From Eledone cirrhosa (lineage: Eukaryota): DNA of 64,000 nt. Position 1 is the first letter of the stretch, and every line of letters begins with the position of its first letter. Below, piece after piece: positions 16,930 to 30,609 of this stretch. The DNA lies in the NCBI GenBank assembly GCA_964016885.1, contig OZ024745.1, positions 7,564,001 to 7,628,000 on the forward strand. Reading direction: 5' to 3'. A model generated the notes under the pieces. The model did not search any database. It was given only the letters and a program-made list of their open reading frames with translations, and was not told the origin of the DNA. Position numbers and translations under genes: made by a program.

Positions 16930-17570
16930 AATATCTGTTCTCACAGAAATAGAATTTCTTGGCCATAAAATATCCAAAATGGATTATCAACTCTGGAAGA
17001 TAAAATCAAAGCCGTAAAAAAATGTGAAATTTCCAGTGAAGTTAAAAGCTTTCTTGGTTTTATGAATTTTTGTTTAAGGTTTATAAAAAAAAGTCTCTCT
17101 TCAAAGACATAATCTTCTGTGAAAATTAGTTATGAGCTGTGTTAGATTCATGTGAGGAATTAAAGAAGAAGAAAGAGTCTTTTAAAGTTTCGAAAAATCA
17201 AATAGCCTGCTCAACAATATAGCAATTTTTAAATCTGAAATTTCATACAAGTGTTGGTGATACTAGTCTTGCAGGATCTGTACTTATACAAAAAGATGGA
17301 AGTGGTGGCAATGTTATTGTAAGTAGTAAGTTGTTGCTTGACATCTGTAGAACAGCCTTACTTAGAAATGGAAAAAGAATCTTTAACAGCGATGTGGACT
17401 TGGTGAACATTTCACTATATATTCTTATAACGAAGATTTTGAATTAAGAACGAATCATATACCATTTCTTATGTTTTTTTTTTATGTGAAGCATAAATGA
17501 TATCATCCCGTAGAGAGAGGTCGAAATTTCACTGCAGCCATATAAAGTAAAAGTTTGTTATATCATAATC
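16930..17570 (+). mobile_element. Decayed Gypsy/Ty3 pol (RT end plus RNase H) relic
   Basis: EIEFLGHKIS, VKSFLGFMNF, EMEKESLTAMW, FELRTNHIPF and QPYKVKV in canonical order, broken by stops and frameshifts. Confidence 0.7.
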
Positions 17571-18097
17571 TATAAAGCTCAGTGTGTGGTCATGCTCCTT
17601 TCTTATAGAAATCTACGATATAGAATTTCTTCAATTGAAATTTACAATTCAGTATTCGAAATAGTTTCGATTGCCGTCTTGGCACATCTCATTTTTTCAA
17701 TTTCACCCACAATTACGCAAAAAATAGATAAAACTCAATATTTTACGATTTTTCTCTGTCATTTAAACTGCTAAACTCTTTCCATTACCATTCAAAATCT
17801 ATACAACTTCATACTTTCTGCTACTTTCTCTTTCCAAGCTTGATGGTGATACTGTCCGTTTTACTCTGTCATATCATCTGCTTACCTCTATCTACAACCC
17901 ACACATTTTGCTACTTTCTCTTTATACTTCAAATTATTACATTTCATACGAAACGACAATTATTCAAAAGCAACAGATACATTTATTCAACAAGCGATAA
18001 ATCTTTTTTAAAACCTCTTTTCCAAACGCATACAAACACACACTCACTTCAACAACAACAACAACAATCTGCCTTTTATAGATAATGATAAACAATA

Positions 18098-18557
18098 ATA
18101 TCCTCTATGAGGTCACTAAACCTGCTAGAAACAGCAGCTAACTCTCCCCCATATCACACCCCTCCCTACTGTCTTAAATTTAGAAAACATATCTTCTATG
18201 AGGTCACTAAACCTGCTAGAAACAGCATCTAACTCTCCCCCATATCACACCACTCCCTACTGTCTTAAATTTAGAAAACACATATCCTCTATGAGGTTAC
18301 TAAACCTGCTAGAAACAGCAGCTAACTCTCCCCATATCACACCCACCCCTACTGTCTTAAATTTAGAAAACATATCTTCTATGAGGTCACTAAACCTGCT
18401 AGAAACAGCAGCTAACTCTCCTCCATCTCACACCACTCCCTACTGTCTTAAATTTAGAAAACACATATCCTCTATGAGGTCACTAAACCTGCTAGAAACA
18501 ACAGCTAACTCTCCCTCATATCACAACCCTCCCTACTCTCTTAAATTTAGAAAACAC
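18098..18557 (+). repeat. Tandem array of five 90-93 bp units
   Basis: Unit starts at 18098, 18189, 18282, 18372 and 18465; a dispersed antisense relative lies at about 21600-21670. Confidence 0.92.
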
Positions 18558-18817
18558 ACAGACAACCATGCAGAACAACTCCATCGCAGCTCTGTTGTTC
18601 GGCTGGCATTGTCTACGCGCGTGTTGCGCAAGTACTGTGAAACAATAAATTTCAACACTTTTTTGCACAGAGATAATATCCATAGGCGAAACTACAATTG
18701 TCACTGCTGGCGCAGCTCCTGCTTCCAGGTCTGCAATTCATTCACCCAGTGCCTGGCAGACAAAAAAGTGCTGGCCATAAAATGGGTGGTGCAGCCTAAC
18801 TTTGGTAACTTAATGAC

Positions 18818-18846
18818 CCCGAGCAACGCCGGGCTTTAATGCTAGT
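18818..18846 (+). mobile_element. Helitron 3' terminus
   Basis: GC hairpin CCCG-AGCAACGC-CGGG followed 8 nt later by CTAG|T. Confidence 0.6.
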
Positions 18847-19204
18847 AAAGGATAAATGTAACGTGCCAGACTCTTTTGTCATGGATGACAGCTGAAAATG
18901 AGTGAAATACTGAGAAATATATCTTTCATTACTAAAATTGCTCTATCACGTGATCTTGATATTGGAGACAAAGAGTTTTGTAATGATACTGTGGTCGTTT
19001 TACGAAACGCTCTTTATACGAAAAGAAATTTAATGAAGTAGGTCGGATAATTGAATTTTGCCCTAGTCTCTATTGGACGGCATGTTATCATCTTTTGGGG
19101 CTGTCATGCCTTGTCATCTCTAACAGTACAAATAGTAAAACCCAAATTATTAGTGTTGTCGCGCTCTCTCGCCAAAGCAGTTGTGCGCGTATATATATAT
19201 ATAT

Positions 19205-19416
19205 CAGGCGCGATGGAACTGGTTGAGGGGCCAGGGGGGACCATCCAATCCCCCAGTAATTATATTTTGTCCCCCCCAAACTACCAAAACACATCTATTT
19301 GGATATCGCTACAATTTATGTAAGTTTTCTGACCATTTTAGAGTTAAACTAATCACAATTAAATTGACCAAATTTGCCCCCCCCCCCCCAATTCAGAAAT
19401 GCTTCCACAGACCCTG
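19205..19416. mobile_element. MITE-like element with imperfect CAGG-type TIRs in TA context
   Basis: CAGGCGCGATGGAAC ... GCTTCCACAGACCCTG; second diverged copy at 62966-63190. Confidence 0.65.
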
Positions 19417-19481
19417 TATATATATATATATACACGAGCACAAAAGTGTTTAGTATTTGTGATGTGTGTGTATCTTCTCTC

Positions 19482-19638
<157 letters not shown>

Positions 19639-19769
19639 CAAAAGTTCTATTTAAAGTTGTTGGGATACAACAAGTAAATATTTTTATAACTGATATAAAG
19701 CACTCGACAAGTTTTTGGATGTAGATATACGATATTAATAAATGGAAACTATATTTATAAAACCATATT

Positions 19770-19834
19770 TATTTCATTATACATATTTCAGGGATACCAC
19801 ATTAAATTATGGTATGCATTCATCAGACAAAATA
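19770..19834 (-). ncRNA. Hammerhead (family E)
   Basis: UAUUUUGU-CUGAUGA-[stem II]-GAAA-UAUGUA-UA-AUGAAAUA. Confidence 0.75.
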
Positions 19835-20139
19835 CAATATATAACAGTTTTACAAATAGCTTTGACGTACCCTTTTAAAATGCAACCATTACTTTTGGAG
19901 GCTGTCTGGATAGTGATTTGTTTATATTATTTTAATAAGTCATAGTGTTAAGCACAATTAGAAAAAGACGGAGAGAAAGAAAAAAAAAAACGGAGAGAGA
20001 GAAAGAAAACCTGGAGAAATATCGGAGAGAGAGAGAAATGTATGGAGAAAAGAAAGAGATAAATACAGACAGCCTCCAAAAGTAATGGTTGCATTTTAAA
20101 AGGGTACGTCAAAGCTATTTGTAAAACTGTTATATATTG

Positions 20140-20204
20140 TATTTTGTCTGATGAAGGCATACCATAATTTAATGTGGTATCCCTGAAATATGTATAATGA
20201 AATA
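20140..20204 (+). ncRNA. Hammerhead (family E)
   Basis: UAUUUUGU-CUGAUGA-AGGcAUACCAUA-auuuaa-UGUGGUAUcCCU-GAAA-UAUGUA-UA-AUGAAAUA. Confidence 0.85.
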
Positions 20205-20250
20205 AATATGGTTTTATAAATATAGTTTCCATTTATTAATATCGTATATA

Positions 20251-20287
<37 letters not shown>

Positions 20288-20292
<5 letters not shown>

Positions 20293-20452
20293 AAAAGTAT
20301 GACCCCCGACGGCAGAGCTCAAGCCGTCGAAATGGTTTGATGTCTGCTATCGCGGTTATACTTTTTCCTATTACCCACTCTACTACTCTAAGTATTGAGT
20401 ACTCTGGTGCGTTATGGTCCTTCTGATTCCTTACCACATTTTCCTTCCTTCG

Positions 20453-20454
<2 letters not shown>
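20288..20454. mobile_element. Fold-back 'hairpin + tail' PLE end (family M, HHR 3' half)
   Basis: Imperfect palindrome 20288-20370 plus tail; homologous to 36548-36744 and 58586-58774. Confidence 0.75.
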
Positions 20455-20519
<65 letters not shown>

Positions 20520-22075
20520 AAGAAGTGTCAATTTTGGCATGGAGCCTGCAATGTAGTTAGTTCGATCCTGACTCCAGTTAACAGAATAAGTCAGTACATT
20601 TCTGTTCTTACTAAACTTTGTTCCAATTCTCCATAATACTTACTGTTAGAATTGGTGGCATCATCATAAATTCATCACATCAATTTTAACATCGGTGAGA
20701 AGTGTAAGAACAATACATACGTTCGAGGTAAACCAAGCCTGCAGTGGTTTCAATCCTCAACTAAAAACAATTCACTTCATTTATGCTGCAAATGCACCCA
20801 GTAAAAAAAAAGCATGAACACCACGAACTCTCTCTCCTTTCTCCTCTAAATCAAAGAGTATCTGATACACACCAGATATGACTATCGCAAAAAAACTACA
20901 ATATCTCAGACGGTTGCAGATCAAATATCTTAAAAAAAATATACAATAAAAGAACTTATTTAATATCAAGGTTTGGTCGCAGTCTTGATCTTTTGATAAC
21001 ACGCTTTATTCAGAGTGGCGTTTGTTATCGTCTGGAAAAGCAGACGATTGTCTGGCTGCTTCTAATTTCTTTTTCTAACTATTTTACTGATAACAATATT
21101 CAATTTGGCAATCAGCAAAGCGTACAGTCATTATTTTGAGTGGGGTTTTCGTTCTTTCTTTTCGTTTTTTATTTAGTTTATTTTAAAGCTGGTGGTGAGT
21201 GTGGTAGCTGTTTTGGTTAGTGTAGGGTAGGGTAGGAAAGAAAACGAATATGTGATCTTTATTGGTATCTCACGTGACATGACTTAATCAATCTGTTGTT
21301 GTTGTAAATAGTCCTCGTGGAATAAAAATAGACGAAATATTGAAGCGTGACACAGCTTTGAGATATTGTGTTTATTTTTAAAAATGTAATGCAGTGTCGT
21401 ATGAAGAAGTGTATTATAATGAGGAAATCTTGTGTATCATAATGCAGTGTAAAACAGTGGTTCCAATACTCTCAAAGATGTCCCAACCAGCCCAATATAT
21501 CAATGTTTCTACAATAACTATCTCATATATCTTATTTGAAGTATATTTAGCTCTGAGTGAGAAGACTTATGATCAAACAGGTTCCATCTATGACCATTCT
21601 CTAATTTTTAAATAGATGTATTTTGAGGGAAATTTGGCAGCTATTTTTAGCAGGATGAACAACCACAAAGATATGTTCAACTAATGAAAGCATATACAAG
21701 AGTCCCGCTACGAATATTTTAAGCTGTGATCATGTCACAATTATGTCAGAAGTCATGTGAAAATGTCAGGTGTTTCGGGATTTTTGTCCTTTATCAGTGA
21801 CATTTACTCATTCGGTACTGAGATAAGAATCAGCTATAGCTTATTTGCTATTTACTTATGAAACATCAAATATTTGCATATATTACTGACTTAATCAACT
21901 AGAATTAATTAGCAGAAGTACTAACACAGTGTGATTGATAACAGAGAGTTATGTGAAGTTGGTTACTATAAAAGATTAATCTTTCAAATGATACACACCA
22001 GATATGACTATCGCAGATATAACAATCTACTGCTGCACCAGCAGTAGATTGTTATACTACTATAAATGTCGTGTG

Positions 22076-22590
22076 AGGGGTTTTGTAGTTAGAGCGTTGG
22101 GTTCACAATCACGAGGTTGTGGGTTCGATTCCTGGACCAGGTGCTGCGCTGTGTCCTTGTGCAAGAAACTTCATTTCGCGTTGCTCCATTTCACTCAGCT
22201 GTGGAAATAATGAGTTGTGATGTCACAGGTGCCAAGCTGTATCGACCTTTACCGTTCCCTTGGACAACATATATTGTGTATATATCTAGTGTATTTATAG
22301 TGTATATAGTGTTGTATATAGTGTGTATATAGTGTATATAATGTGCATATAGTGTGTATATAGTGTATATATAGTGTATATATAGTGTATGTATGAGTTG
22401 TGATGTAACAGGTGCCAAGCTGTATCAGCCATTATCTTTCCCTTGGACAACATCGGTGACGTGGAGAGGGGAGGTTGGCATGTGTGGATGACTGCTGGTC
22501 TTCCACAAAAAACCCCTTGTCCGAGCTTGTACCTTGGAGAGGAACTTTCTAGGTGTACAACCCATGGTCATTTATAGTCGAAAGGCGCCT
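22076..22590 (+). mobile_element. SINE family 1 with internal duplication of about 60 bp around a TATAGTG-type microsatellite
   Basis: B-box GGGTTCGATTCC, GTCCTTGTGCAAGAAACTT; ATGAGTTGTGATG...CCCTTGGACAACAT occurs at both 22210 and 22393. Confidence 0.8.
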
Positions 22591-23264
22591 TTCGACTATG
22601 AATGTTATACATAGAATACTGAATTATCACAGTCTTTATATACGATAGTTGAGAAAGATTGGGGTCTAATTTACCATAGTGGCATGATATATCAAGGGGT
22701 CTAATTTACCATAGTTGCATGGTATATCAAGTGAGATAGGGAGTATTAATGTAGAATTTGGAATGTTGTGTTGGGAAAAGTCGGAATATTTCTAGACTTT
22801 AAGTGCTTGTTTATGTTTTATGCTCGAATTTCTGCCATATTGTATTTATTTATTTATTATGATTTCTCCATTCGATGTTTGGTTTAATCCATCCACCAGG
22901 CACCACATAGAAGTTCTCTACTGCTATTGTTGCTACAAATGACTACTGCTGCTACTACTGCTATTATGTTATTTTCTTTTAAAGATAATCTCTTACAAAC
23001 CTCAACGAATAAACAGCCGCTAACATTTTCTCAAATATCCAGTTATATAATCATTTATTGTTGAAATCAAATACTGTGAATTACGTTTCCTGTTGAGTTA
23101 TTTGTAATTGGAATCTAGTCATAAAACGAGATAAATGTCGCTTACATCCACATCAAAATCATGAAATTAGCAGCGGCAGACAATTACAACACAAACTTGT
23201 TTTTATTATTATTTATATTATTATTGATTTGTTTAATCGGTGAATTAACAGAATCGTTATAATG

Positions 23265-23720
23265 TCGAACAGAGAGATGCCTTGTGTTAATCGTTCTGAT
23301 TGTCTACACTTTCTGAGTTCAAATCCTACCAATGTTAGCTTTGTATTTTATCCTTAGGGAATCGATAAAATAAATACCAGTCCAATACCGGAGTCAATTC
23401 ATCCTCTATATCACTTTCTCTCAGTCTTGGAGAGGGTATGGTTTTCACCAGGTATAAAATGTCTAACACCTTATATTATACTACTCTCCCACCACTCCAG
23501 AGTTACCGGTTCAATCATACATATTGAATTGTTTATGGTACACGCTGCTCCGCTCTAGCAACTGACCTAACGCCTCTGTCCAGGTGAAATGTCTTGCCAT
23601 ATTGGTTCCAGTTCTTTATTTTCTGAGTTCAAATACCGCCAAGGTCAATTTTACATCCTCCCGAAGTCAATAACATAAAGTACCAGTCATGTACTGGGGT
23701 CGATTTAATCAATAAATCTC
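23265..23720 (+). mobile_element. Two decayed SINE family 2 copies
   Basis: TTCTGAGTTCAAAT at 23311 and 23621, each followed by a degenerate GTCGATAAA...TACCAGT block. Confidence 0.65.
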
Positions 23721-23923
23721 TGTTATCTTGTTCTTTATAAGAAATTATTATCATTGATTTTTGTTTCTGTATAACTCATGACAAATTTTGTAAGAAATTA
23801 GCAATTGACAGAATCAACAACAGTTTATAACTGGTATTTATTTCAAGCTGAAAGGATGAACATTTTATTTTGAATTTGATTTGAAACGGAGAGAAAAATT
23901 AAGGGTATATGACTTAATTAGTC

Positions 23924-23997
<74 letters not shown>

Positions 23998-24026
23998 ATA
24001 TCTCTACCCCCTCTCTCTCTCTCTCC

Positions 24027-24086
<60 letters not shown>

Positions 24087-24089
<3 letters not shown>

Positions 24090-25445
24090 GTCCGTCATCT
24101 ACTACCGCCTGACCGTAGTGCCCTGCCCAAGGGAAACCCTCACCAAGATGGAGCGCGCGCTCTTCCAATTCCTTTGGAAGAGGCGGGCTCCTATGGTGAG
24201 GAGATCCATCTGCTGTCAATACCCTTCGAAAGGAGGGCTGGGATGCCGTGGCTAATGATGCGTAAACACGCATTAAGGCTACGGCACCTCTACGTATTCC
24301 TCACCGGTCAACCGGTGTGGGCCTCGTTTGTGAGACGAACCTTTCCCAGACTCGTCTCACTCACCGAGCTGCAATCCTGGGTCAAGCAAAGACCGAGAAA
24401 ACTGGGCGCCTGGCACACTGAGTGTGCCCAGGCGCTCACCGCCCTCTGGCAGGCGGATCCGGTTATCAGTGGAGACTCCACCGCAACATTCTATAGAGGG
24501 CTGGTACGCAGCAGGTGCGACGACGCCCTCGGAGAAGCCCTAGACATGGAGGAGGACGAACTGGCCAGCCTGTTCGGTAGGACATTCAGCCCAGGACCTA
24601 TGGACAACTTCCAGAAGTCCCTGGCCTGGCAGTGCTACCGAGGGGCTCTACCCGTTCGAGAAAAGCTCTACAGACACGGGCGCCCGGGTAGGGACCCCGC
24701 CAAAAAGATCTGTCCCAGATGCGTGTGCGACGAGGAAACCGTTGCACACGCATTGGTACACTGCTCGGGCGTAGCCGATCTGTGGGGCTATGTCGAACAA
24801 CTGCTGTCAAGGGTGGGACCGATCCGGTTGACCACCGAGTCTATTGTAATAATCAAGCCGCCTCCCCCCTTCAAAGATGAAGGAGAGGCGGTGTTTTCTG
24901 TGCGTAATAGCCATGGTGAAAGAAGTTGTATGGTGGACGCGTCTGAAAGGACTGAGGTCAGGCACCTTTCTCTCTGGCCAACAACTGGTCCGTTTCTTCC
25001 GATATCATTTCGGAAGAAGGATCAGGATGGAGAGAGAGGTGCTCCACCCCAGTCGTTTTTATGAAAGGTGGGTGAAAGTGGCGAGAATGGCCCGTGTGAA
25101 TGGGCCTTCTCTTTACATAAGCCTGTAGGTGGAAAAGAGGAAGGAACGAGGGAGCAGCCCCTCTCTGTGCTCCTGAGGAAAAGGGTTGCACACTTTTTTC
25201 GGGGGTGTGTGCGACCCCCCAAGGCGCCTCCTCTCTATTGAGGATTTTGTTATAAATTTTATTTTTTGTTATATTTTATAACAAAATCCTCTATTGAGGA
25301 TTTTGTTATAATTCTATTTTTTGTTATATTTTATTTTTTTTATATATTGTTATTGCCTCCTCCCTATTGAGGACGCCTTGTTTTGTAAACTCCCCCCATT
25401 GTACTTGTCCCACTTTTGATGCCCTGGTGGCAAATAAAAGAAACA
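24087..25445 (+). mobile_element. 5'-truncated Tx1/L1-clade LINE (ORF2 C-terminus with CCHC knuckle, two frameshifts, stop at 25126-25128, 3' UTR)
   Basis: YRLTVVPCP...FQFLWK...PSKGGLG/MP; CPRCVCDEETVAHALVHC; AATAAA near the 3' end; flanked on both sides by (ATCT)n. Confidence 0.88.
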
Positions 25446-25691
25446 TCTATCTATCTATCTATCTATCTATCAATCTTTCGTGGATGAGCGCGCGAGTGTG
25501 TGTGCCTGCTTGTGGATCTTCGTGTGTCAGTGTATGTCTGTGTATGTGTGGTCAGTGTGTGTGTCTGTGTGTGTGTATGTGTGTGTGCCTGTGTGTGTCA
25601 GTGTGTGTCAGTGTGTGTGTCAGTGTGTGTCTCTGTGTGTGTATCTGTGGCGTGCGTATGTGCACATGTAGGTATGTGTGTAAATATTGAT

Positions 25692-25866
25692 TTCTAATTT
25701 AGACACGACACCAACAAATTTAAGAGCGGGGCAAAGTTGATTAAATAAACCCAGTATTTAACTGGTATTTTATCGACCCTGAAAGGATGAAAATCAAGGT
25801 TGACCTCGCGATATAAAAAACGGCATTTTATCCGACAGGCCGAACATTCTGCCGACCTACCACCTT
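25692..25866 (-). mobile_element. SINE family 2, antisense, internally deleted
   Basis: ACTGGTATTTTATCGACCCTGAAAGGATGAAA...TTCTGCCGACCTACC. Confidence 0.75.
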
Positions 25867-26484
25867 TATGTGTGTATGTGAGTGTGTATGTGTGTTTGTA
25901 CGTGTGTGTGTACGCGTGTGTGTACGTGAGAGTGTGAGTATGTGTATGTACGTGTGTCTGTACGTGTGTGTGTGTGTACACGTATGTTTGTGTATGTGAG
26001 AGTGTGAATGTGTATCCGTGTGTGCGTGTGTGTGTGAGGGTGTGAATATCTCCGCATATGTATGTGGATGTGTGTGTGTGTGTGTATCTATGTGTGTGTG
26101 TATGTGTGTGGATGTGTAAATATGAATAAGAAAAGCACTTATTACCCATGTATATGTGTGACTTCCGACATTTCATCTGTCAGATATAATTACGAAATAG
26201 AGGAACTCTCCTTATGTTGGAGATAAGATCGTCACTTGACATACAACATGAAACATTATTGTTATATTACGTAAACCACTCATTGTCATAGACATAGATG
26301 CTGTCTTCTCTTTGGAATCCATAGAATTCTTAGGAATGGTAGGAATGGCTGCTTAAATAAATAACTGACAAGAAATGACTGACTTGAAGAATGCAGGGTT
26401 TCGTTTTTAATTCCGAAAGCTTTAGTAAAGTATGTGGAATATAATTACTACTCTTATGAATCCATTCTCGGTCTAGCAACATCA

Positions 26485-27139
26485 CATATATATATATATC
26501 TGTGTGTTTGTATGTATGTATGTATGTATGTATGTATGTATGTATGTATGTATGTATGTATGTATGTATGTATGTATGTACACATATACACATACATATA
26601 CATATACATACATACATATACACATACATACACACATATACATATATATATACATATACATACATAAATATACACATATATAAATATATATATACATATA
26701 TATACACTTATAAATATACACATATATAAATATACATATATATAAATATATATATACATATACATATATATAAATACACACATACATATACATATATATA
26801 TACACACACATACATACACATACACATATACACACATATATATATACATACACATAAATATATATATACATATACATATATATACATATACATACATATA
26901 CACATATATACATATACATATACACATATATACACATATATATACATACATATATATATATATACACACATACATACATATATACATATACATATATATA
27001 TACATACATACATATACATATATATATACATATATATATATACATACATATATACATATATATACACATATATACACATATATATACATATATATATATA
27101 TACATATACATACATATACATATATATACATATATATAC

Positions 27140-27178
<39 letters not shown>

Positions 27179-28068
27179 CATACACGTACATATATATACA
27201 TATACATACATATACATACACATATATATACATATATATACATATATATACATATACACACATATACACACATACACATATACATACATATACACATACA
27301 TATACATACACACATATACATATATATATATATACATATATATACATACATACACATATACACACATATACATATATATATATATATACATACATATATA
27401 TGTATATGTATATACATGTATATGTATATGTATGTGTATATGTGTATATATATGTATATGTATGTATGTGTATATATGTATATATGTGTATATATGTATA
27501 TATATATATGTATATGTGTATATATATGTATATGTGTGTGTATGTATATATGTGTGTGTATGTATATGTATGTGTATGTGTATGTGTATATATATGTATG
27601 TATATATATATATATATGTATATATGTGTATGTGTGTATATGTGTGTATATATGTATATGTGTATATGTATGTGTATATATGTGTATGTGTATGTATATA
27701 TATATATATGTATGTGTGTATATATGTATATATATATGTATATATGTATATATATGTATATATGTGTATGTGTATATGTGTATGTATATGTATATATATA
27801 TGTATATATATGTATGTATGTGTGTATATATGTATATATATATGTATGTGTGTATATGTGTATATGTGTGTATATGTATATATATATATATGTATGTGTA
27901 TGTGTATGTATATATATGTATATGTGTGTGTATATGTATGTATATGTATGTATATGTATATATGTGTATATATATATATATATGTGTATATATGTGTATG
28001 TATGTGTATATATATGTGTATGTGTGTATATATGTATGTATATATATATGTATATGTATATATATATG

Positions 28069-28100
<32 letters not shown>

Positions 28101-28861
28101 TATGTATGTGAATATGTATATATGTATGTATATATGTGTATATATGTGTATGTATGTATATATGTATGTATATATATATATATGTATGTATGTGTATGTA
28201 TATATATATGTATATATATATATATATATCTATATATATATTTATATATGTATATATGTGTTTATATATGTATGTATATGTATTTATATGTGTATATGTA
28301 TGTATTTATATATGTATATGTGTGTATATGTATATATGTGTATTTATGTATGTATATATATGTGTTTATATATGTATATGTATATATGTATATATGTGTT
28401 TATGTATGTATATATATATTTATGTATGTATATATATGTATGTATGTGTGTGTTTATATATGTATATATGTGTTTATATGTGTGTATATGTATATATATA
28501 TGTATATATATATTTATGTATGTGTATATATATATATATATGTGTATATATGTGTTTATATATGTGTATATATGTATATTTGTATGTGTGTATATATATA
28601 TATTTATATATGTGTATATATATATATTTATGTATGTGTATATATGTATATATGTATGTATATGTGTGTATATGTGTATATATGTATATATATGTGTATA
28701 TATGTATGTATGTATGTGTATATGTGTATATATTATATATGTATATATATAAGTTGAAATAAAATGAAAACGAAATTTCATTTCTCACTCTTAGTACGGC
28801 ACTTACTTAAATGTGGGTATGTGTGTATACGTGCATACGTGTATGTGTGCAGACGTACAGT

Positions 28862-28903
<42 letters not shown>

Positions 28904-29058
28904 TACGGGTACACATACATATATGCACGTATCAGTTTAGCGGACGCTTATTATAACGCATGCTACTGTGCGTCTGTATACATGTATGTGTGTGCGTGTG
29001 CAAACATACTTGCATGTATATATATATATATATGTATATATATATGTATGTATATGTG

Positions 29059-29089
<31 letters not shown>

Positions 29090-29431
29090 GTATATGTGTA
29101 TGTATATATGTATATATATATGTATGTATATGTGTATATATATGTGTGTATGTATGTGTATATGTATGTATATATATATGTATATGTATATGTGTATGTA
29201 TGTATATATATGTGTATGTATATATATATATGTATGTATGTGTATGTGTATATGTGTGTATATGTATATATATATGTATGTGTATATATATATATATATG
29301 TATATGTATATATGTATATATATGTATATATGTATATATGTATATATATATATGTATGTATATATATGTATATATGTATATATATGTGTGTATATGTATG
29401 TGCGTATATATGTGTATGTATATATATATAT
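26485..29431. repeat. Compound (TA/CA/TG)n alternating purine-pyrimidine microsatellite field
   Basis: Direct inspection; CA-rich to TG-rich polarity switch at about 27398. Confidence 0.95.
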
Positions 29432-29710
29432 GTCAGGTCACCAGTTGGTGCTACTGGTAACATGTATCCCAGTACAACCTGTCCCATGGTCGGGTCGTTG
29501 GCGACTAAACTGGCAACCACACCAAGGTTTCTTGGTGAGGAGGGTGACTTTGGACATCCTGCAGGACTAAAAACAAAACCTGTCAAAGGGCAAAGGAGCT
29601 CTTAAGAGTCAATGGCCATCCAAAATCACCGGGAGAGATGACCCCTTAGCCTTTGTCAAGGCAGAATTCTAGGAGAAGGAAAACTCTGATATAACACCTG
29701 CAACCCTGAT
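29432..29710 (+). mobile_element. Probable RTE-type 5' UTR fragment or RTE-related SINE
   Basis: CTAGGAGAAGGAAAACTCTGAT motif, which I recall from RTE 5' UTRs; no ORF follows. Confidence 0.4.
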
Positions 29711-30569
29711 GGTATCCAATGATGTTGACTTGTTCTTCTTTTTGGTAAATATCATCTTGGTTAAGAGAGTGGGACTGGCTTTGTGCAGTGCCTTTGCTCA
29801 CTATAAAAGCTTCACGGCACAGGCATTGCTTTATATCTGGAGATCTCTCTGCACTTGTCGTCACATGGTACCATGGGCCCAGCACTATGTGTCAGTAATT
29901 GTCACAAGTGTAGTGTTTGTACCAGAGTTTTCAAGTCGCTGGCTGGACTAAAAAGTCACACTCGTTCAGCGCATCGGTAGGGGTTCTCCTACATGGATAT
30001 GAAGTAGTGGCCGTACTCGAAAACGAGTTGGCAGCCACCATGTATGTATGTATGTATGTATGTATGTATGTATGTATGTATGTACGTATGTATGTATATA
30101 TGTATGTATGTAATATTTGTATGTATATATATGTATATAATATGTGTTCTTCTGGTTTTATAATTTCACAAACTTTTACCAATAGAGGGAGAGTCAGTTT
30201 CTAACATAGACACAAGACTCTCTCATTGGAATTTACACAACATCAACTAGGTAGATATGTATGTATGTCTGCATGCATGTGTAGATATGGATGATATTGT
30301 ATGTGTGGATGTGGATGTTTTGAGTTGTATGTGTGCATGTGTATATGCTTTCCATCTGTACATGTGTATATGGAGTTATTAGATGCAACATTTTTGGAAT
30401 GTTTTACATATTTTTACTGTTCCATTAATGGATTGTACTTGTAATTTCCTAACTAGTTGTGTTCTTTCTGTTCCTGTGAAGCCTAGCTTCTCATTTTTTT
30501 TGAAATATGTATAATAAAATATAATTGATCCCAAGAATATCTATTTTGTTAATATTTTGAATTAATATA

Positions 30570-30607
<38 letters not shown>

Positions 30608-30609
<2 letters not shown>

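Noticed and set aside
21261-21278. CCAAT plus E-box promoter; also YY1-like motifs at 7994 and 59993
   Set aside because: Short motifs expected by chance, with no linked gene evidence.
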